This document shows, in pieces, positions 57,978-64,000 of a stretch of DNA of 64,000 bases (positions are counted from its first letter, which is position 1; every line of letters starts with the position of its first letter). The notes beneath the pieces were generated by a model. The model had not been told where the DNA came from and made no database searches. It saw nothing but the letters and a program-made list of their open reading frames with translations. Origin of the DNA: a virus. Taxonomy: Duplodnaviria; Caudoviricetes. The position numbers and the translations under genes were made by a program. The DNA is taken from the IMG/VR virus record IMGVR_UViG_3300033073_001448, positions 1 through 64,000 of that record; one strand, written 5' to 3'.

Positions 57978-58294
57978 CACTTACAGAATCCGCAGTAATC
58001 AAACTCAAAGACATTTTGGCAGAAGAAAACAACCCCAACATCAAACTACGAGTGTTTGTGCAGGGCGGTGGATGTGCTGGTTTCAGTTATGGATTTACCT
58101 TGGATGAATTGCAGAACGAAGATGACTTTGAACAGGATTATGATGGAGTTAAAGTGCTTGTTGATTCCATGAGTTGGCAGTACCTGCAAGGCAGTAATAT
58201 CAAGTACAAAGAAGACCTCATGGGCGCCAGTTTTGTAATAGACAATCCGCAAGCAGTTACCACTTGCGGATGCGGATCTAGTTTCTCAGTTTAA
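57974..58294 (+). CDS. Fe-S cluster insertion protein ErpA/IscA
   Basis: [20 protein letters not shown]....CGCGSSF. Confidence 0.95.
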   Translation: MTLTESAVIKLKDILAEENNPNIKLRVFVQGGGCAGFSYGFTLDELQNEDDFEQDYDGVKVLVDSMSWQYLQGSNIKYKEDLMGASFVIDNPQAVTTCGCGSSFSV

Positions 58295-59406
58295 CTGTAA
58301 TAAGCCAAAGTAAAGTTTTTCCACGAGCCATTTTGATAAACCTGTGGCAAACTGTCGGTAGTGTTGTACACCATGTCACCATTCTGCGGTGAAAGTGCAT
58401 TGATTTGAGTCTGTGTTAGATTGGGCAATCTAAAAGCACTGGTAGTTCCGGTGGTTACTACAGAATTAGCAATCACAGTATCCACAGTCAGTGTACCTGA
58501 CATAGTAACTGCATTTGACACTTTGTTAAATGTAAAACCAGGCGATGCATTGGCAGTGCCATTGTCATTGAATACTACTTGAGTATTTGCACCACCGACG
58601 GTAATGTTGCCACTGATATTACCGCTGACATTTCCCTGCAAATTACCAATAAAGTTTGGTGCTGACACATTGCCGGCAGCAACGATAGTTCCAGCACTGT
58701 TAATGGCTCCGCTGTTAATTGCACCTGCTAAATTTAGGTTACTGATAACGTTGCCGCTGAGGCTTAGATTTACAGCATTGACGTTGGTTCCTGTGACATT
58801 GCCCCCAGCACTGATCAAGCCTCCGGTCAGCAAATTACCGCCAGTGACGTTGCCGGTGGTAGAAATAGCACCACTGCCTTGTAACTGATTGATCACAAAT
58901 GCTGTGGTAGCAATTTGCGTGGTTGATGTGCCATTGGCGGCAGTTACCGCAGTGCTGTTGCCAGTCAGTGTGGCATTGTTGATGCTGCCGCTGAAATTTC
59001 CAATGCTTTGATTTACAAACGCTGTGGTAGCAATTTGATTGGTATTGGTGCCTGCGCTGGCAGTAGGCGCACTGGGAGTACCACTAAAAGTTGGGCTAAT
59101 TAAGTACGCCGTTAATGCAGTGTCTACGTAGCTTTGGGATGCCAATGCGGTCCAACTGTTGGCTGAGTTATAGGCATTCAATGTGTCTGTGTTTGCATTG
59201 TACCACAGTTGTCCTAGAATGGGTGTGGTAGGTGCAGTGCCGTTGGCAAAATTTTCCAGTAGATATAGATAATTTTCGTTTTGATAGGTACCGTAGTTTG
59301 TAACTGCTTGACCAATCAAAGCCAAATTTGTGGCTGATGTATTCACTACACCGTCAGGAATAACTGCAACAATTTGCCCGCGACTGTTGTTGATAATATA
59401 ACTCAT
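58291..59406 (-). CDS. tail fibre / baseplate-type structural protein
   Basis: [27 protein letters not shown] and GNVTGGN repeats. Confidence 0.8.
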   Translation of the reverse strand: MSYIINNSRGQIVAVIPDGVVNTSATNLALIGQAVTNYGTYQNENYLYLLENFANGTAPTTPILGQLWYNANTDTLNAYNSANSWTALASQSYVDTALTAYLISPTFSGTPSAPTASAGTNTNQIATTAFVNQSIGNFSGSINNATLTGNSTAVTAANGTSTTQIATTAFVINQLQGSGAISTTGNVTGGNLLTGGLISAGGNVTGTNVNAVNLSLSGNVISNLNLAGAINSGAINSAGTIVAAGNVSAPNFIGNLQGNVSGNISGNITVGGANTQVVFNDNGTANASPGFTFNKVSNAVTMSGTLTVDTVIANSVVTTGTTSAFRLPNLTQTQINALSPQNGDMVYNTTDSLPQVYQNGSWKNFTLAYYS

Positions 59407-59483
59407 ATCTGCTCCGAATTGCAGTATTTAGCGAAACCAGGTTGCTGATACTGCTGGTAAATAGCATACTAGGACTGAATTTT

Positions 59484-61610
59484 ATGGCACAACAGATAAT
59501 CAACGTAGGCTCAGCAGCGAATGATGGGCAAGGCGATCCCATTAGATCTGCTTTTGAAATTTGCAACGAAAACTTTTCTGAACTCTATGGTATTGGTGGG
59601 GTTTCTGGCATTGCCAACGGAACAAGTAATATATCCATTGCACAAGACTCACCAGTTAGAATCAGTGCCGAAGGTGTACCCAATGTTGTTGTTGTGGGTT
59701 CCACAGGCGCCACAGTTACTGGCACCTTAATTGGCAACGTTGATATCAGTGCAGTTGGCAATGTAACTGCTGGCGGGTTGTTCATTGGTAACGGCAGCGC
59801 ACTCACAGGTATCACTGCAACTGCGCCTGCTATTTTGCTAACTGGTAACACACTGAGTTCAAACGTGCTCAACAGTTCCCTTACATCAGTTGGAACGTTA
59901 ACTAGCTTGAACGTAACTGGCAACGTCACAGGTGGTAATATCAACACCGGCGGGGCTATCAGTACTTCGGGCACGGTGTCTGCATTTACTGTGACCACAG
60001 GTTCGGGTGTTACTGCCACAGGTAATGTAGTAGGTGGTAACATAAACACTGGTGGCATTGTTAGTGCTGCCGGTATTATCAGTACTGTGGCCAATATTTC
60101 TGGTGCATATTTTATTGGCAACGGCAGTCAACTCACTGGTATTCAAGCTACTACAGCAGCCAACTTGCTTACTGGCACTGTATTGAGTTCTAATGTACTG
60201 AGTTCTAGCCTGCGTTCTTTGGGCAATTTAGATTCATTGGTTGTCAGCAATGCACTGGGCGGATCGGGCAGTGTCACTGCCAACGCTATCACACTAGGCA
60301 CCACAGTGGCAGCCACTGGAAACATTACAGGTGGCAATTTAATAACCGGTGCCGCGGTAATTGGTGCCACAGTAAGTGCCAGCGGAGATATCACTGGTGC
60401 AAACATTTCGGGCACTGCGGACTTGGCTGGTAACAATGTTATTGCAACCAACAGTGTGTCGGGAACCATAGTCAGCGCATCGGGCAACATCACTGGCGGC
60501 AATGTTAGAACAGGCGGGCAAGTTTCAGCCACTGGCAATATCACAGGCGGCAATATTGTTACCGCAGGAGTGGTCACTGTTCAAGGTGGTATTTTATCTG
60601 GATCAACAATCAGCGCCACAGGTCAAATTAGTGGTAGTAGCGCAAGCCTTAGCGGTAACATCACAGGTGGCAATCTACTCACCAGTGGTACTATTTCGGC
60701 CGCAGGTAATATCACTGGTGGTAATTTGAGTGCCACCAGTATTGTGGGTACATTAACCACTGCAAGTCAAACCAATATTACCACAGTTGGCACATTGAGC
60801 TCGCTGACAGTCACTGCCAATGTTACTGGTGGTAATTTGTTAACCGGCGGTTTAATTTCATCCACTGGCAATATCGTTGGTGGCAATATTGTCACTGGCG
60901 GTTTGATCAGTGTAACAGGAAGTATCACTAGTGCCTCAACTGTGCAAGGTGCTACTGTGTCTGCAACTGGTAATATTACTGGTGGTAATGTTACAACCAG
61001 TGGCGTAGTCAGTTCTTCTGGTAATATTTTAAGCGCGGGTATAATTCAAGCGCAAGGAAACATCACAGGCGGTAACATCAACACTGGTGGATTGGTCAGT
61101 GTAACTAGCAACGTTGTTGCTGGAAACATCAACACTAGTGGACTAATCAGTGCCACTGGCAACGTTACTAGTGGAAACATCAACACCGGTGGACTAATTA
61201 GTGCCACTGGCAATGTACAGGCAGGCAATTTAAATGCTGCTGGACTTAGCCTTAGCGGCAACGTAGTCAGCGCATTAAATGTAACTTCAAATATTGCTGT
61301 AGGAAATTTGTCTACTCCCGGACTGGTCACAGTCACTGGCAACGTCACTGGTGGCAACGTTAATACAGCCGGCGTAGTAACTGCCACAGGAAACGTCACT
61401 GGTGGCAATGTAATTGCAGCCGCATTGGTACAAGGTGTTACAGTCAGTGCCACTGGTAACGTCAGTGGCGGTAATGTCACTGCGGTATCAAGGTTGATTA
61501 TACCTGTTGCTTCTAGTGATCCGGCCAGTCCAGTAACAGGGCAACTTTATTACAACACAGTATTGGGCGGATTAAAGCTCTGGACTGGCTCAACTTGGGA
61601 TGCTGTTTAA
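59484..61610 (+). CDS. fibre protein with SATGNITGGN beta-helix-type repeats
   Basis: INVG..ANDG.GDP.R.AF...N.NF.ELY N-terminus typical of T4-like fibre/baseplate proteins; many ~18-aa repeats. Confidence 0.85.
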   Translation: MAQQIINVGSAANDGQGDPIRSAFEICNENFSELYGIGGVSGIANGTSNISIAQDSPVRISAEGVPNVVVVGSTGATVTGTLIGNVDISAVGNVTAGGLFIGNGSALTGITATAPAILLTGNTLSSNVLNSSLTSVGTLTSLNVTGNVTGGNINTGGAISTSGTVSAFTVTTGSGVTATGNVVGGNINTGGIVSAAGIISTVANISGAYFIGNGSQLTGIQATTAANLLTGTVLSSNVLSSSLRSLGNLDSLVVSNALGGSGSVTANAITLGTTVAATGNITGGNLITGAAVIGATVSASGDITGANISGTADLAGNNVIATNSVSGTIVSASGNITGGNVRTGGQVSATGNITGGNIVTAGVVTVQGGILSGSTISATGQISGSSASLSGNITGGNLLTSGTISAAGNITGGNLSATSIVGTLTTASQTNITTVGTLSSLTVTANVTGGNLLTGGLISSTGNIVGGNIVTGGLISVTGSITSASTVQGATVSATGNITGGNVTTSGVVSSSGNILSAGIIQAQGNITGGNINTGGLVSVTSNVVAGNINTSGLISATGNVTSGNINTGGLISATGNVQAGNLNAAGLSLSGNVVSALNVTSNIAVGNLSTPGLVTVTGNVTGGNVNTAGVVTATGNVTGGNVIAAALVQGVTVSATGNVSGGNVTAVSRLIIPVASSDPASPVTGQLYYNTVLGGLKLWTGSTWDAV

Positions 61611-64000
61611 TGTCGCAACCTATTTGGATCACACCGGCTGGTAGTCTAGGCGTAATACCCGAAGGGGTATTTTACCAAACAGCATTGACCGCAGATGTTG
61701 CACCATTGCTGAATGCGCCTACTTGTACAGCAACATCATCGATTACAAATTTAATAACCTGCTCGTCAACCGCAGGAGTGTATCCTGGTCTTGAAGTTGT
61801 ATTTGTTGGAACTACCTTTGGTGGCATTGAAGAAAACATCAGATACTTTGTGTTGACCGTGCCCGATTCCACACATTTTAGCATTTGCGACACTGAAAAT
61901 CTCAATGTCAACCCAAATTCTTTGACCACTGCCACGGGCATAATGACTGCTAGTTTCAAACAACACACATACTACAGTTTGATCTCTGGTAAATTGCCGG
62001 CCGGCATTCAATGTGCAGACAATGGGTTGTTGGTGGGAGTGCCCAAAGCTGTGGCTAGTTTGCAAGGTGTGCCGTTGGATGTAAGCCGAGATGTTACTAG
62101 TAAATTTGCCATTCGTGGTTACACCAAAACACAGGCTGGCACAGTGGATGCTATTTCGGATAGAACCTTTACACTAACAGTTACTGGCAACGATACTCCT
62201 GAATTTACTACTCCTGCAGGATCGATTGGCACCTATTATGACAGTGATTTTGTTGACATTCAATTGGAATACACAGGTGTAGATCCTGACGAAACTATCA
62301 CTATCACTGTGGCGTCTGGAGAATTGCCACCCGGACTGGCACTGAGTTACAGTGGTGTAATTGAGGGTTGGATTGAGCCAGCGATCAACATTGATCAGCC
62401 GCCGGGCTATGATTTAACTGGCAATAGCTCTGAGCCTTACGATTTTACTATCATAAGCACCAGTAAAAACTATCAGTTTACTTGTAAAATCAGCGACGGC
62501 AAATCTGCCACACTGAGAACATTTTACATTTATGTTTACAATCGGTCAGATCTTAGTGCCGATGATACTTTCTTAACTGCTGACAACTCATTTGTTACCG
62601 CAGACGAAACACCAACTCGCGCACCATTTTTATACAACAGTGTTATCACTGATCTTGGCAGAGTCCGCAGTGATAATTTTTATGCCTATCAATTTGAAGG
62701 CAATCTCTACGGTGGTACAGGTGTGGGGTATCTTATTTCTGTCAACGAAGGTTTTGGATTGCCGCCAGGACTACAACTAGATCCTCTCACAGGCTGGTAC
62801 TATGGATTTATACCTGACCAAGGTACCACAGAGATTACCTACAGTTTTAACATTCAAGTTTACGATTTAGAAGATCCCACAAACGTAAGTCCTTTGTATC
62901 CATTTACAATAACCATCACCGGTGCCATTGACGCAGAAGTTACCTGGGAAGTACCGCCAGAAACGGCTGGGTATACTCGAGTAATTTCTAAAAAGTACGA
63001 CGAAAATTTAGACGCTTTTGTAACCACTTCTATGTTTGTGTATGACCTTGGTTCCATTGACAACGGTGGTACCAGCATGTTCTATGTCAAAGCAGTCAAT
63101 CGCGGCGGTAGAGATTTACAGTATAGATTAAAAAGCGGCGCCTACAATGAGCTCCCACAAGGACTGAAGTTAATGCCTTCGGGCGATATCATTGGTCGAG
63201 TGAGTTTTGATACATTTGCCCTAGACGGCGGATCTACTACATTTGATGAAACATTGGCAGTCACTAGAAATCTTGATTTGCAAAAAACAACATTTGATTC
63301 AACATTTGTGTTTACAGTCAACGCCTACGCTGAAGATACAGCGCAGGTATTGTACAAAGTAGACAGTGTCACTGTGGCTGACGGGGGCACTGGCTACAGC
63401 AGTGTGACTCTACCAACTTTGGAATTTAGTACTCCCATTGGAGCCAGTGCTGTACAAGCTCAAGCAGGCAACATTGTGGTCTCGGGTGGCGCGATTACCA
63501 GTGTCGGCGTTGTTAATTCTGGCGCTGGCTACAGCAGTCCAGCCACACTGACCATTACCGAAGGCTTTGGCGGCTCGGGCGCTGTGTTGACCCCGGTAAT
63601 GAAAGCCACTGGTGCTAGAGACGTTATTTCTGTTTACCGAACATTCTCTATCCGAGTCAATAGAACCTACAATAAACCTTATCAGAATCTCTACGTAGAA
63701 GCAATGCCACCAGAAAATGATCGTGTGATCATCAACGAATTGCTCAGCAACACAGAAATATTTGTACCCGATTTTATCTATAGAATTGACGATCCCAATT
63801 TTGGCATAGCTCGTAGAGTGACTTATCAACATGCATTCGGTCTTGCACCAGACACATTTGATCAATATGTAGAAAGTCTTTATCTCAATCACTATTGGAA
63901 AGACTTGGTGTTGGGCAGTGTAAAAACCGCACAGGCTGTGGATCCTGTTTCTGGCGAAGTGGTCTACGAAGTTGTGTATTCAGAGATTGTTGATAATTTG
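61610..64000 (+). CDS. large Ig-like-domain structural protein, truncated by window end
   Basis: TAATG start, MSQPIWITPAGSLG; repeated SG.LP.G.....G...G Ig-like motifs; absent from ORF track, apparently because it has no stop in the window. Confidence 0.8.
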   Translation, partial: MSQPIWITPAGSLGVIPEGVFYQTALTADVAPLLNAPTCTATSSITNLITCSSTAGVYPGLEVVFVGTTFGGIEENIRYFVLTVPDSTHFSICDTENLNVNPNSLTTATGIMTASFKQHTYYSLISGKLPAGIQCADNGLLVGVPKAVASLQGVPLDVSRDVTSKFAIRGYTKTQAGTVDAISDRTFTLTVTGNDTPEFTTPAGSIGTYYDSDFVDIQLEYTGVDPDETITITVASGELPPGLALSYSGVIEGWIEPAINIDQPPGYDLTGNSSEPYDFTIISTSKNYQFTCKISDGKSATLRTFYIYVYNRSDLSADDTFLTADNSFVTADETPTRAPFLYNSVITDLGRVRSDNFYAYQFEGNLYGGTGVGYLISVNEGFGLPPGLQLDPLTGWYYGFIPDQGTTEITYSFNIQVYDLEDPTNVSPLYPFTITITGAIDAEVTWEVPPETAGYTRVISKKYDENLDAFVTTSMFVYDLGSIDNGGTSMFYVKAVNRGGRDLQYRLKSGAYNELPQGLKLMPSGDIIGRVSFDTFALDGGSTTFDETLAVTRNLDLQKTTFDSTFVFTVNAYAEDTAQVLYKVDSVTVADGGTGYSSVTLPTLEFSTPIGASAVQAQAGNIVVSGGAITSVGVVNSGAGYSSPATLTITEGFGGSGAVLTPVMKATGARDVISVYRTFSIRVNRTYNKPYQNLYVEAMPPENDRVIINELLSNTEIFVPDFIYRIDDPNFGIARRVTYQHAFGLAPDTFDQYVESLYLNHYWKDLVLGSVKTAQAVDPVSGEVVYEVVYSEIVDNL

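Noticed and set aside
59484-61610. Nucleotide tandem repeats and long antisense ORFs
   Set aside because: Explained by degenerate protein-level GNITGGN repeats; the antisense ORFs are codon shadows.

Overview
Gene-dense fragment of a large lytic dsDNA (jumbo, T4-superfamily-like) bacteriophage, read in the standard genetic code, mostly on the + strand. A proteobacterial, probably betaproteobacterial, host is inferred from host-like genes. The window carries DNA ligase; a near-complete proteostasis kit (ClpX, two ClpP, ClpS, GroES/GroEL, Hsp20, YccA); translation factors (bS21, IF-1 and an unlisted 52-aa ArfA-like ORF); a YafQ-like toxin-antitoxin pair; UvsE, NadE, SOD and ErpA/IscA; sugar/amidino-transfer enzymes; radical SAM enzymes; cell-envelope enzymes; and tail-fibre/Ig-like structural genes at the right end. 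Main unexplained features: (1) at least 16 paralogous ~50-100 aa proteins ending in FxL(R/K)W, many in tandem arrays joined by a conserved TGAGGTGGxCATGA junction; (2) repeated sigma70 promoter-RBS cassettes preceded by helically phased GTANTAC-N4-GTANTAC dyads; (3) many leaderless genes; (4) three twin bulged-G hairpin (ROSE-like) leaders; (5) a structured RNA candidate at about 4.9-5.1 kb. All protein calls come from motif recognition by eye; no database search was run.
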